Positions 53,097 through 64,000 of a DNA stretch of 64,000 nucleotides are shown one piece after another. Below the pieces are notes generated by a model, which was not told where the DNA came from, did no database searches, and saw only the letters and a list, made by a program, of their open reading frames with translations. The DNA is from Pelagibacteraceae bacterium AG-337-G06 (GTDB taxonomy: Bacteria > Pseudomonadota > Alphaproteobacteria > Pelagibacterales > AG-422-B15). The stretch covers positions 4,144-68,143 of the forward strand of contig QBZX01000007.1 in NCBI GenBank assembly GCA_003282175.1. The letters are read 5' to 3'. Numbering within the stretch: position 1 is the first letter of the stretch; every line of letters starts with the position of its first letter. Both the position numbers and the translations under genes were made by a program.

Positions 53097-53563
53097 TCTA
53101 AAGGAACGTTTCCCAGTTTTTTAGTGTTCTTTATTACAAATGCTGTTTTAACACTTGAAATATTTTCATTAGGTGTGATGTTGTGTGTCAAAAAATCATT
53201 AAATTCGTTCATATTTTTAACGACACATTTTAAAATAAAATCAATTTCACCATTAAGCATAAAGCACTCTCTTATTGCTTCCCATCCCCATATTTGTTTT
53301 TCAAAAGCGCTCAAGCTCTCTTCATTCTGGTTCTTCAGACTAACAAAAATCCATGCAGTTAAGTCATATCCTAACTTTGTTGGATCAAGATTAGCCCTAA
53401 ACCCATCAATATAACCATTATCTTCTAAGTCACGTACTCGTCTAAGAGTTGGAGGCGGCGACATACTAATTTTTTTTGAAAGATCTAGATTAGATATTCT
53501 TCCTTGATCTTGAAGAATTCTTAGTATTTTTAAATCTATACTATCAAGTGGTTTTTTTACCAT
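53093..53563 (-). CDS. Lrp/AsnC family transcriptional regulator
   Basis: [34 protein letters not shown]; ATG 53563 preferred. Confidence 0.92.
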   Translation of the reverse strand: MVKKPLDSIDLKILRILQDQGRISNLDLSKKISMSPPPTLRRVRDLEDNGYIDGFRANLDPTKLGYDLTAWIFVSLKNQNEESLSAFEKQIWGWEAIRECFMLNGEIDFILKCVVKNMNEFNDFLTHNITPNENISSVKTAFVIKNTKKLGNVPLD

Positions 53564-53608
53564 ACTTAAACTGACCAAATACTCACAAAGATTATGAGAT
53601 GAATAAAT

Positions 53609-54592
53609 CTAGAATGAAGCATATTTTTTATTATATCGTTCAATTATGTTTCTGACTACTTCATTAGTTTCATCGTTATAAGGATTTGAGTAATCATTTA
53701 AATTACCTTTCAGGATTCTTGCATAATTTTTTTTTAAAATTGTTAATATAAAATTTTCAATTCTATTATTTTTTTTTAAACTAGGTAGTTTAAATATATA
53801 AACTGATTTATGTGCTGAAATACTTTCTGAGATCATTGAGACTGAGTCAGATGTACAAATTATAAATTTAGAATAATGTAAAAGAGCGAGATAAGGATTC
53901 TCTTTTCCTTGCCAAATGTAGTTTTTGTCTGAGTACTTATTTATTAGATATTCTTTTATAAATTTGTCAGTTCGTCTTGAAAATAAAATAAATAATCGAA
54001 CATCATTATTTTTTATAACTTTGTCGATGCTTTCCCCTAGGTTCATAAGTGTGGAATAATCAAATTTATAATTTCTACTGTGCCCTCCAATTAATATCGT
54101 GCAGATTGGTTTTTGAATAGACGCAAATTTTTCACTCATTTGTTGAGCGTGTTTATCTAATAATTTTTGGGTAACATGATTTATGGCAAGATCAGTTACT
54201 ATTACATTATTACCTGCGATTTTATCATGAGATGGCGCTACAATAACATCAAAATTGTTAGTTTTTATCTTGGGATTTTGTATGTGAATAGAAAAAATTT
54301 TATTTGGAGTATTTTTTTTAATGAACAAAGATGCATATATACTCCGTTTTCCACACGAGATTATAATATCTGGTAATTTTGACTTTAAATAAAAGTCATC
54401 AAAGTTTTTAAACATCATTTTTGTTATAGGCAATAATCCTACTGGTAACTTATTCCAAGGAAAAATGAGTTTTACTTCCTTTAGTTTATAATTTAAATCT
54501 AGAGCTTCCGCAAGTCCTCGAACTTGACTGATCGTACCAGCTGAGCCATCTGTTAAACACCATGCTAGTTTATTGGTCTTGAAATTATTCAT
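53609..54592 (-). CDS. ELM1 (mitochondrial fission ELM1-like) family protein
   Basis: LTDGSAGTISQVRGLAEAL, HIQNPK, APSHD, FSRRT, ENPY, TSDSVSMISE. Confidence 0.85.
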   Translation of the reverse strand: MNNFKTNKLAWCLTDGSAGTISQVRGLAEALDLNYKLKEVKLIFPWNKLPVGLLPITKMMFKNFDDFYLKSKLPDIIISCGKRSIYASLFIKKNTPNKIFSIHIQNPKIKTNNFDVIVAPSHDKIAGNNVIVTDLAINHVTQKLLDKHAQQMSEKFASIQKPICTILIGGHSRNYKFDYSTLMNLGESIDKVIKNNDVRLFILFSRRTDKFIKEYLINKYSDKNYIWQGKENPYLALLHYSKFIICTSDSVSMISESISAHKSVYIFKLPSLKKNNRIENFILTILKKNYARILKGNLNDYSNPYNDETNEVVRNIIERYNKKYASF

Positions 54593-54668
54593 TTAGATAT
54601 TATTTAGAATCTGAATATAAATATTCTTTTAATTAGTTTGATAATATATAGATTATACTAAAAGCCAA

Positions 54669-55601
54669 ATGCATTCAAAAGTTCTCATAATAGGTTCAGG
54701 GCCCGCAGGGTATACAGCTGCAATCTATGCAGCGCGCGCCATGCTGGAACCAACTATTGTGCAGGGAATTCAGCCAGGAGGTCAACTAACAATTACTACT
54801 GATGTCGAAAATTACCCCGGTTACGGAGATGTGATACAAGGTCCTTGGCTTATGGAACAAATGGAAGCTCAGGCAAAGAATGTTGGGACAAAAATTATTA
54901 GTGATATTATTGAAAGCGTAGATTTTAAATCAACCCCTTTTAGGGCCATGAGCGAGTCTGGCAAGACTTACACTGCTGACTCAGTAATCATTTCAACAGG
55001 TGCTCAAGCAAGATGGTTAGGTCTAGAATCTGAAAAAAAATTTCAAGGGTATGGGGTTTCTGCTTGTGCTACATGTGATGGCTTTTTCTTTAAAGAAAAA
55101 AAAGTTGCTGTTATTGGTGGTGGCAATTCAGCTGTAGAGGAAGCCTTGTATTTAACTAATTTTGCATCAACGGTATATTTAATACATCGAAGAGATGAAT
55201 TAAGAGCTGAAAAAATACTTCAAGATAGACTTTTTAATAATAAAAAAATTAAGTGTATTTGGGACCATCAACTGCAGGATATTCTAGGTGATGAAGATCC
55301 TCTCAATGTAAAAGGTATTAAAGTCAAAAATGTTAAAACTAATGAGATACAAGATATTGAATTAGACGGAGTGTTTATAGCAATAGGACACGATCCTGCT
55401 ACACAAATCTTCAGAAATCAAGTTGAGATGGATAATGAAGGCTACATTATTACAAAACCGGACTCAACTCTAACAAATGTTAATGGTGTTTATGCTGCTG
55501 GTGATGTAAAAGATAAAACTTACCGTCAAGCTGTGACCGCAGCTGGCATGGGATGCATGGCTGCGCTTGAGGCAGAAAAGTTTCTAGCAGAGAAATCTTA
55601 A
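54669..55601 (+). CDS. trxB: Thioredoxin reductase
   Basis: GSGPAGY, SACATCDG, GGGNSA, GVYAAGDV, RQAVTAAG. Confidence 0.97.
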   Translation: MHSKVLIIGSGPAGYTAAIYAARAMLEPTIVQGIQPGGQLTITTDVENYPGYGDVIQGPWLMEQMEAQAKNVGTKIISDIIESVDFKSTPFRAMSESGKTYTADSVIISTGAQARWLGLESEKKFQGYGVSACATCDGFFFKEKKVAVIGGGNSAVEEALYLTNFASTVYLIHRRDELRAEKILQDRLFNNKKIKCIWDHQLQDILGDEDPLNVKGIKVKNVKTNEIQDIELDGVFIAIGHDPATQIFRNQVEMDNEGYIITKPDSTLTNVNGVYAAGDVKDKTYRQAVTAAGMGCMAALEAEKFLAEKS

Positions 55602-55602
55602 A

Positions 55603-56844
<1,242 letters not shown>

Positions 56845-56895
56845 TTATATTAGAAATTAAGTATACTCAACTAAAATTGAAAAAATACATAATTA

Positions 56896-58950
56896 ATGCC
56901 TAATACTGAGCTACTAAAAGTCACATCTGAATATAGCCCTGCAGGAGACCAGCCTCAGGCCATCGAAGAAATTGTGAAAAGCATTAACGGCAATGAAATG
57001 GAACAAGTTTTACTTGGTGTAACAGGATCAGGTAAAACATTCACAATGGCCAAAATCATTGAAAGAGTTCAAAGACCAACATTGATTCTTGCTCCAAATA
57101 AAACTTTAGCTGCTCAGCTTTATGGTGAGATGAAATCATTTTTTCCAGATAACGCAGTTGAATATTTTGTCTCGTATTACGATTATTATATTCCAGAAGC
57201 TTATGTGCCGAGATCAAATACTTATATTGAAAAAGAAGCGTCGATTAATGAGCAAATTGATCGAATGCGACACTCGGCAACGCAGTCATTGCTTGAAAGA
57301 AAAGATGTTATTATTGTTGCGAGTGTATCATGTATTTATGGAATTGGCTCTGTTGAAACATATCGGTCCATGACTATAAAGCTTGAAAAAAATCAAAAAA
57401 TTGGACGTAATGAAATTATACAAAAACTTATTACACTTCAATACACACGCAATGATACAGATTTTCACAGAGGCACCTTCAGAGTTAGAGGAGACCTCAT
57501 AGAAATATTTCCCTCTCATTATGAAGACAGAGCATGGAAACTATCACTTTTCGGTGATGAGCTCGAAACAATAAGTGAATTTGATCCATTGACAGGTAAA
57601 AAAACGGATGAACTAGAAACGATAAAGATATATGCAAATAGTCACTATGTTACTCCAAGACCTACATTGCAAACTGCAATTAAACAAATCCGAAAAGATT
57701 TAGAACTCAGAGTTCCAGAATTTAAAAAAGAAAATAAATTAATTGAAGCTCAACGAATAGAGGAGAGAACGCGTTTTGATCTAGAAATGATTGAAGCAAC
57801 TGGAAGCTGTCCAGGAATTGAAAATTATTCGAGATATTTATCTGGTCGTAAACCGGGTGAAGCGCCGCCAACATTATTTGAGTACTTGCCTGAAAATTCA
57901 TTATTATTTGTAGACGAAAGTCATGTAACAGTACCTCAGCTTGAAGGCATGTATAAAGGTGACAGAAGTAGAAAAACAACACTTTCCGAGTATGGATTTA
58001 GACTTCCATCTTGCCTCGATAATAGGCCATTAAAATTTGAAGAATGGGAAGCAATGAGACCTCAAAGTCTTTTTATTTCTGCTACGCCAGGGCCTTGGGA
58101 AATGCAGAAAACTCAAGGTGTATTTACTGAACAAATCATTAGGCCAACTGGACTGATAGACCCAGATATTGAGATTCGGCCTGCTAAAACACAAGTTGAA
58201 GATCTTATTTCCGAATGTAAGAAAATCATTGATATGAAATATAGAGTTTTGGTTACAACTTTGACCAAACGGATGGCTGAAGATTTATCAGAGTATATGC
58301 ACGAGAATGGAATAAAAGTTAAGTATATGCACTCAGACATCGATACTTTAGAAAGAATTGAAATAATTAGAGATTTAAGAAAAGGTATGTTCGATGTTCT
58401 GGTTGGAATTAATTTACTTAGAGAAGGACTCGATATACCTGAGTGCGCGTTAGTGGCTATTCTTGATGCTGATAAAGAGGGGTTCTTAAGATCTGAAAGA
58501 TCGCTTGTTCAAACTATTGGAAGAGCAGCTCGAAATGTCGATGGCCGGGTGATACTTTATGCTGATAAAGAGACGGAGAGTATTAAAAAAGCAATAAAAG
58601 AGACTGATAGAAGAAGAGAGATTCAAAAACAATTTAATCTCAAAAATAATATCACTCCTGAAACTATTAAAAGAGATATTAGCGATATTTTAGAGAGTAT
58701 TTATGAAAACGATAGGGTTAACGTTGAATTAGAGGGTGAGAATAAGAATCTTGTAGGAGACAATTTGCAAAAGCACATCAAAGGGCTTAGAAAGAACATG
58801 ATTGATCTAGCCGATGACTTAAATTTCGAGGAAGCTGCTAAGTTAAGAGATGAAATAAAAAGGCTTGAAAATAATCAATTAGAATTGCCACCTAATAATC
58901 TCAGACAATATAAAAAGAATAGAAGAAGTAAGAGGAAGTATTTCACATAA
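56896..58950 (+). CDS. uvrB: Excinuclease ABC subunit B
   Basis: [40 protein letters not shown]-terminal UVR domain. Confidence 0.98.
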   Translation: MPNTELLKVTSEYSPAGDQPQAIEEIVKSINGNEMEQVLLGVTGSGKTFTMAKIIERVQRPTLILAPNKTLAAQLYGEMKSFFPDNAVEYFVSYYDYYIPEAYVPRSNTYIEKEASINEQIDRMRHSATQSLLERKDVIIVASVSCIYGIGSVETYRSMTIKLEKNQKIGRNEIIQKLITLQYTRNDTDFHRGTFRVRGDLIEIFPSHYEDRAWKLSLFGDELETISEFDPLTGKKTDELETIKIYANSHYVTPRPTLQTAIKQIRKDLELRVPEFKKENKLIEAQRIEERTRFDLEMIEATGSCPGIENYSRYLSGRKPGEAPPTLFEYLPENSLLFVDESHVTVPQLEGMYKGDRSRKTTLSEYGFRLPSCLDNRPLKFEEWEAMRPQSLFISATPGPWEMQKTQGVFTEQIIRPTGLIDPDIEIRPAKTQVEDLISECKKIIDMKYRVLVTTLTKRMAEDLSEYMHENGIKVKYMHSDIDTLERIEIIRDLRKGMFDVLVGINLLREGLDIPECALVAILDADKEGFLRSERSLVQTIGRAARNVDGRVILYADKETESIKKAIKETDRRREIQKQFNLKNNITPETIKRDISDILESIYENDRVNVELEGENKNLVGDNLQKHIKGLRKNMIDLADDLNFEEAAKLRDEIKRLENNQLELPPNNLRQYKKNRRSKRKYFT

Positions 58951-59883
58951 ATGTTTGTAGATATTTTAATACTATTGATTGGACTTGCATTGTTACTTTA
59001 TAGCGCTGACGTGATGATAAATTCCTCAGATTTAATTGCAAAAAAATTTCAACTGTCACCTATTCTTATAGGACTAACAATTGTTGCATTCGGAACATCT
59101 GCTCCCGAATTAGTTATTACCTTATTCGCAGCTTTTAGAGATATCCCAGCGACAGACGCAATAATTGGTAACATTATTGGTTCAAACATTGCAAATATTC
59201 TACTTATTTTAGGCACTGCCTCACTTTTTTTTAAAATAGATTTAAGCAGCATTGGACTTAAAGATAATATTTTTTTGTTAATACTGACATCCTATTTTGT
59301 TGCAATGTTCTATTTTGCGAACTCTCTAAACTTTACAATTATTATTGGATTAATAGTTTTTGTAATACTCTTTTTAAATTTACTTAAAAATTATGAGTCT
59401 GACTATGAGGAAGAAGAATTCAAAGAATTTGGCAATAGAACTTTCTTAATTCTTTTATTTTCATTTATTGGCATCTTTATAGGTGGAAAAATATTTTTAG
59501 ACAGTTCGCTTAATATATTTACAACTTTTGGATTAGAGGAGTCAATAATAGGAATATCTATTTTAGCCATTGGAACTTCACTTCCTGAACTAGCAACTGT
59601 AGTAATTTCTTACATAAGACAAAAAGGCTCTATTGGTATTGGTAATATTATTGGAAGCAATATAATGAATATTCTTTTTGTTTTTTTACCAGGGGCAATA
59701 ATTGTTAAATCAAGAAACTTGGATTTTCCACTAGAAAATATTGAAATTGTACATATTAATGTCTTGTTATTAGTAACATTAATTATAACAGTAATGTCAT
59801 TATTAAAACTGAAACTAAATATAATATTTGCTTTGGGTTTTCTTACGTCGTATGCGATATATATAGGATATTTACTATCATGA
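58951..59883 (+). CDS. Calcium/sodium antiporter (CaCA, YrbG-like)
   Basis: Two alpha repeats: GTSAPE..GSNIAN and GTSLPE..GSN. Confidence 0.9.
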   Translation: MFVDILILLIGLALLLYSADVMINSSDLIAKKFQLSPILIGLTIVAFGTSAPELVITLFAAFRDIPATDAIIGNIIGSNIANILLILGTASLFFKIDLSSIGLKDNIFLLILTSYFVAMFYFANSLNFTIIIGLIVFVILFLNLLKNYESDYEEEEFKEFGNRTFLILLFSFIGIFIGGKIFLDSSLNIFTTFGLEESIIGISILAIGTSLPELATVVISYIRQKGSIGIGNIIGSNIMNILFVFLPGAIIVKSRNLDFPLENIEIVHINVLLLVTLIITVMSLLKLKLNIIFALGFLTSYAIYIGYLLS

Positions 59884-60605
59884 AAAAACAAACCATTTTA
59901 ATTACAGGAGGTGCTCAAAGAATTGGTAAGGCAATTGCTTTAAGTTTAAAGAATAATAACCTAAATTTTATAATTCATTATAATAACTCGATTAAAGAGG
60001 CAAAAGATTTAAAAAATAGTCTCGTAAAATCTGGAAATCAATGTGAAATAATTAAGTGCGATTTAAATAAACCAGGTCAAGTTTCAAAAATAATATCGAA
60101 ATCAAAAAGAATTTTTGGATCAGTCGATTTTCTTGTTAACAATGCTTCACTATTTTTAAATGACAATATTGAAACGCTCAGTGATCGCTTGTGGTACGAT
60201 CATATGAATATAAATTTATATGCGCCTTTATTACTATCCAAAGAATTTAAAAAGTACTTACCAAAAAAGTCCAATGGACATATCATAAATATTTTAGATC
60301 AAAATGTAGTCAACGCTGACACTTCATTTCTTTCTTACTCAATTGCAAAGGCTGCTCTATATGCGGCAACACCAATATTAGCTAAATCTTTTGCTCCAAA
60401 TATAAGAGTTAATTCTATTGGTCCCGGACCAACTTTAAAAAATATTCATCAATCAAAGAAACACTTTGATAAGTCGTTGAAAAATACAATTTTAAAGATT
60501 GGTTCGCCTCCAGAAGAAATAGCAAAATCAGTTAAATTTCTGCTTGAATCAAAGTCAATTACAGGCCAATTTATAGCCGTTGACGGGGGGGAGCATTTAT
60601 CATGA
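59880..60605 (+). CDS. SDR oxidoreductase of the FolM/pteridine reductase type
   Basis: TGGAQRIG (Arg in the Gly loop as in PTR1/FolM), NNAS, YSIAK; adjacent to folB. Confidence 0.85.
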   Translation: MKKQTILITGGAQRIGKAIALSLKNNNLNFIIHYNNSIKEAKDLKNSLVKSGNQCEIIKCDLNKPGQVSKIISKSKRIFGSVDFLVNNASLFLNDNIETLSDRLWYDHMNINLYAPLLLSKEFKKYLPKKSNGHIINILDQNVVNADTSFLSYSIAKAALYAATPILAKSFAPNIRVNSIGPGPTLKNIHQSKKHFDKSLKNTILKIGSPPEEIAKSVKFLLESKSITGQFIAVDGGEHLS

Positions 60606-61027
60606 ACCATAAAAATGTACTAAAAATTAGCGATTTAAAATCAAATACGGATTTAGTAGATCCGTTGTCAGGATATGATTTGATATTTTTAAATGATTTT
60701 ATAATTGATGCAAACATTGGTGTCTACAAACATGAAAAATTAAAACGGCAACCACTTCGAATAAATGTTATTGCCAAAGTTAAAAATCCTAAAACAATTA
60801 ACGACAGCAAATTGCAAAGTGTTGTTTGCTATAATCAAATATCAAAAAAAATTAAAAAAATTATAGGTGCTGGCCACACAGTTCTTCTTGAGAAATTGGC
60901 TGAAAAGATATTTCAGGAATGTTTCAAAAATAAAAGAATTGAGACAATGAAAATTAGGCTAGAAAAATTGGACGCAATAAAAGAGGCTGCGAGTGCTGGT
61001 ATTGAAATTGAGCGCTCACGCGCTTAA
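60602..61027 (+). CDS. folB: Dihydroneopterin aldolase
   Basis: IGVYKHE..RQPLRIN, VCYNQI, LLEKLAE, RLEK. Confidence 0.85.
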   Translation: MNHKNVLKISDLKSNTDLVDPLSGYDLIFLNDFIIDANIGVYKHEKLKRQPLRINVIAKVKNPKTINDSKLQSVVCYNQISKKIKKIIGAGHTVLLEKLAEKIFQECFKNKRIETMKIRLEKLDAIKEAASAGIEIERSRA

Positions 61028-61029
61028 AA

Positions 61030-62862
61030 ATGAATAGTACAGAAAATCTAAAAGAAATTATAAATCAATCTCCTACTTCTGCAGGTATTTATAAAATGCT
61101 GAATGAAAAAGATGAAATACTCTACGTAGGAAAAGCCAAGAATATACAAAATCGTCTTAAAAGTTACCTGAATGGTAACAATTTATCAAACCGCATAAAA
61201 AGAATGGTTAGTAAAATATCAACTATTGACGTTGTGATTACACAAACTGAAAAGGAAGCATTACTTTTAGAGGCAAATTTAATCAAGAAACTAAAACCAC
61301 CATTTAATATACTTCTTCGTGATGACAAATCTTTTCCTTATATCTTTATTAACCATGAACAAGAATATCCTCAAATTACAAAACATAGAGGTAAGCAAAA
61401 ATTTAAAGGAAAGTATTTCGGTCCTTTTGCAACAATCAACTCTCTTAATTATACATTAAAAATATTACAGAAAGTTTTCTTACTGCGTTCATGTGACGAT
61501 ACAATATTTGAAAACAGATCAAAACCTTGTCTTCTTTATCAAATTGAACGCTGCAGCGGTCCTTGTGTGAATGATACAATTAATAAGAAAGACTACAATT
61601 CAACAGTAAAAAATGCTGAAAATTTTCTTTCAGGCCATCACAGCACTCTACAGGCAGAACTCTCAAAAAAGATGGATAGAGAAAGTGAAATTTTGAATTA
61701 TGAAAAAGCTGCAAGCTATAGAGATAAAATTGAAGCTTTAACTCAAATACAAAGTCAACAAAATATAAACTTGCATGACATTAAAAATACTGACGTGATA
61801 TCTATTTCAAGAAAAGGAAACAAATCTTGCGTGCAGGTATTCATATACAGATCAGGTCAGAATTGGGGAAATAGATCATACTTTCCCAAACATGGAGAAG
61901 AAGTCGAAACTTATGAAATATTAGAGAGGTTTATAGTTGATTTTTATACAAAGTATTCACCTCCAAAAAATGTGCTTATAAATACCCCCATTAATAATTC
62001 TAAGCTCATTAAAAATTCTCTAAAATCGATTTATTCTTATCAAACAAATTTTTCAATCCCAAAAAAGGGTAAAAAATTAGAAATTATTAATTATGCGATA
62101 AGGAATTCCGAATTATCATTAAAAAATCATATTACTCAGTCGTTCTCTGATAAAGAAAATTTAAAAGCCTTAAAGAAAGATCTTGGAATTGCCCTTGATA
62201 TTAATCGAATAGAAGCTTTTGATAACAGTCACTTATTTGGCAAAAATGCTGTTGGTGCCATGATTGTATTTTCAAAAGAAGGTTTTGATAAAAAGTCTTA
62301 TAGAAAATTTAATATTGATTCAAACAAGGTTAAACCTGGAGATGATTATGGTATGATGCGGCATGTTCTCGAGAGAAGGTTTTCTTCTGAAGCAATAAAA
62401 AATCAAAAAAAATATCAAAATTTACCTGAGCTTCTCATAATAGATGGTGGCAAAGGCCACTATGATTTGGCTAAAAAAATATTAGAAGAGAAAAATTTAA
62501 GTGAAATTAAATTAGCATCAATTTTTAAGGGCGAAGGAAGAAAGGAAAGCCTTGATCAGATTATTTTCAATGATAAGAAAAATTATATAAAAAAAGATAC
62601 ACCTTCATTTTTCTTTATGCAAAGGCTCAGAGATGAATCACATAGATATGCTATTGGTGCTCATAGAGACAAAAGAAAAAAAGAAATGCATACATCAGAA
62701 TTGGAACCCATTGAAGGTTTGGGAAGAGTTAGAAAAAAGCTACTACTGAATCATTTTGGGTCAGTTAAAAATATTAAAACTGCATCATCTCAAGATATTA
62801 TGAAGGTTAAGGGAATAAGCAGGTTGCTATCAGAAAAAATATATGCTTACTTTAATGATTGA
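61030..62862 (+). CDS. uvrC: Excinuclease ABC subunit C
   Basis: GIY-YIG (GIYKM..YVGKAKN), Cys cluster, FDNSH, DGGKG, QRLRDESH, HhH. Confidence 0.97.
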   Translation: MNSTENLKEIINQSPTSAGIYKMLNEKDEILYVGKAKNIQNRLKSYLNGNNLSNRIKRMVSKISTIDVVITQTEKEALLLEANLIKKLKPPFNILLRDDKSFPYIFINHEQEYPQITKHRGKQKFKGKYFGPFATINSLNYTLKILQKVFLLRSCDDTIFENRSKPCLLYQIERCSGPCVNDTINKKDYNSTVKNAENFLSGHHSTLQAELSKKMDRESEILNYEKAASYRDKIEALTQIQSQQNINLHDIKNTDVISISRKGNKSCVQVFIYRSGQNWGNRSYFPKHGEEVETYEILERFIVDFYTKYSPPKNVLINTPINNSKLIKNSLKSIYSYQTNFSIPKKGKKLEIINYAIRNSELSLKNHITQSFSDKENLKALKKDLGIALDINRIEAFDNSHLFGKNAVGAMIVFSKEGFDKKSYRKFNIDSNKVKPGDDYGMMRHVLERRFSSEAIKNQKKYQNLPELLIIDGGKGHYDLAKKILEEKNLSEIKLASIFKGEGRKESLDQIIFNDKKNYIKKDTPSFFFMQRLRDESHRYAIGAHRDKRKKEMHTSELEPIEGLGRVRKKLLLNHFGSVKNIKTASSQDIMKVKGISRLLSEKIYAYFND

Positions 62863-63404
62863 TGTCCAAATTGCCAAACATATTAACAATTTCAAGAATA
62901 TTACTGCTTCCAGTCCTTATAATTTTAATTTTCTCTGATTCAAATTTAATAAATTTCTTATCAATAGTTTTATTTATTGTGATGTCGATTACCGATTATC
63001 TTGATGGTTTAATTGCTAGAAAGACAAAAAACACTTCAAATTTTGGAAAAATGCTTGATCCCATCGCTGATAAACTCTTCGTAGTTCTTATCTTAGTTAC
63101 TTTTATTTCAGATGGGATGTTGTTAGGAATACATCTGATACCTGCATATCTAATTATAGCTAGAGAAATATTTATTTCTGGCTTGAGAGAATATGCATCA
63201 AGTGATGTTAATAAAAAAGAAATACCTGTATCAAATTTAGGTAAATATAAAACTGCAGCTCAAATGGGCAGCTTATTTTTGATACTCTTAGCTGATGTTT
63301 ACAGCAGCTTATTATTAATTAACAATTTTGGTATAGCACTTTTATGGATTGCCATGATCGCATCGGTATATAGTGGATATCAATACTATAGAAATATTTT
63401 TTGA
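62859..63404 (+). CDS. pgsA: CDP-diacylglycerol--glycerol-3-phosphate 3-phosphatidyltransferase
   Basis: LPNILT, TDYLDGLIAR..FGKMLDPIADK, REIFISGLRE. Confidence 0.95.
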   Translation: MMSKLPNILTISRILLLPVLIILIFSDSNLINFLSIVLFIVMSITDYLDGLIARKTKNTSNFGKMLDPIADKLFVVLILVTFISDGMLLGIHLIPAYLIIAREIFISGLREYASSDVNKKEIPVSNLGKYKTAAQMGSLFLILLADVYSSLLLINNFGIALLWIAMIASVYSGYQYYRNIF

Positions 63405-64000
63405 CTATGATCTCACTAGATCGTGATAGTCTTGCATGAACTGAAAATTTTGACTTTCATCGCCAGTCTTAAATTTAATGCTATCAATTGATTGTATAGG
63501 AGTGATTTCAGCGGCCGTCCCAGTTAAAAAAGCCTCGTCATAGTTAGTTATTTCATCCGGCATTATATGTTTTTCCTCAACTGAAAATCCTTTTTTTGTC
63601 ACCATCTCAATAACTGTTTGCCTAGTGATGCCATTTAGAAAACAATCTGGTATAGGTGTATGTATTGTTTCATCTTTTATAAAGAATATGTTCGCTCCGG
63701 TTCCTTCCGCTATATAACCTCTGTAATCAAGCATAAGAGCGTCATTGTAACCATTGCTCTCTGCATATTCCTTTGACATTGTGCAAATAACATAAGGACC
63801 TGACGCTTTAGCTTCACATGGAGCTGTATCAGGTGCTGGTCGTTTCCAGGGTGATGTGATCAATCTTAGACCCGCTTTTCTATCTTCTATTTTGAAATAT
63901 GATGCCCAATCATCCCAGACTGCGATGGCAACATTTATATCAGCATTAGAAGTAGATAATCCCATCTGTTGACTTCCACGCCAGGCAATTGGACGAACAT
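63405..64000 (-). CDS. ilvE: Branched-chain amino acid aminotransferase (partial, 5' end beyond the window)
   Basis: The frame continues to the edge (VRPIAWRGSQQMG); AKASGPY, EGTGANIF, LNGITRQ, GTAAEITP. Confidence 0.93.
   Translation of the reverse strand, partial: VRPIAWRGSQQMGLSTSNADINVAIAVWDDWASYFKIEDRKAGLRLITSPWKRPAPDTAPCEAKASGPYVICTMSKEYAESNGYNDALMLDYRGYIAEGTGANIFFIKDETIHTPIPDCFLNGITRQTVIEMVTKKGFSVEEKHIMPDEITNYDEAFLTGTAAEITPIQSIDSIKFKTGDESQNFQFMQDYHDLVRS

Overview
AT-rich, very tightly packed chromosome segment from a streamlined marine-type alphaproteobacterium (SAR11/Pelagibacterales- or HIMB59-like; inferred from gene order, protein style and minimal spacers). Left part: 3' end of probable fumC, an RHH protein, uvrD, aminopeptidase P, then a minus-strand run covering the whole dcw cluster from mraZ to ligA, preceded by rnpB, an amidase, an EamA transporter and divergent mlaA-mlaC. 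Middle (29.4-44.1 kb): an integrase-free accessory block of redox, sulfur, methyltransferase and hydrolase genes next to the 3' end of tRNA-Ile2(CAU). Right part: rpoD-dnaG-yqeY, carAB, Lrp, ELM1, trxB, aspartate aminotransferase, uvrB, Ca/Na antiporter, FolM-like SDR, folB, uvrC, pgsA and partial ilvE. The strongest unusual signal is a rewired cell-division module. ftsZ has left its usual ftsA-lpxC slot and is now gene 2 of the dcw operon (mraZ-ftsZ-rsmH), with a strong SD and an ATGA overlap into rsmH, behind five 10-bp-periodic MraZ-type boxes. The FtsA left behind has bulky substitutions in all three ATP-binding motifs but keeps its membrane helix and FtsZ-binding Arg. No CRISPR, rRNA, transposase or integrase was seen. 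All family assignments come from motif recognition and recalled reference sequences; no database search was run.
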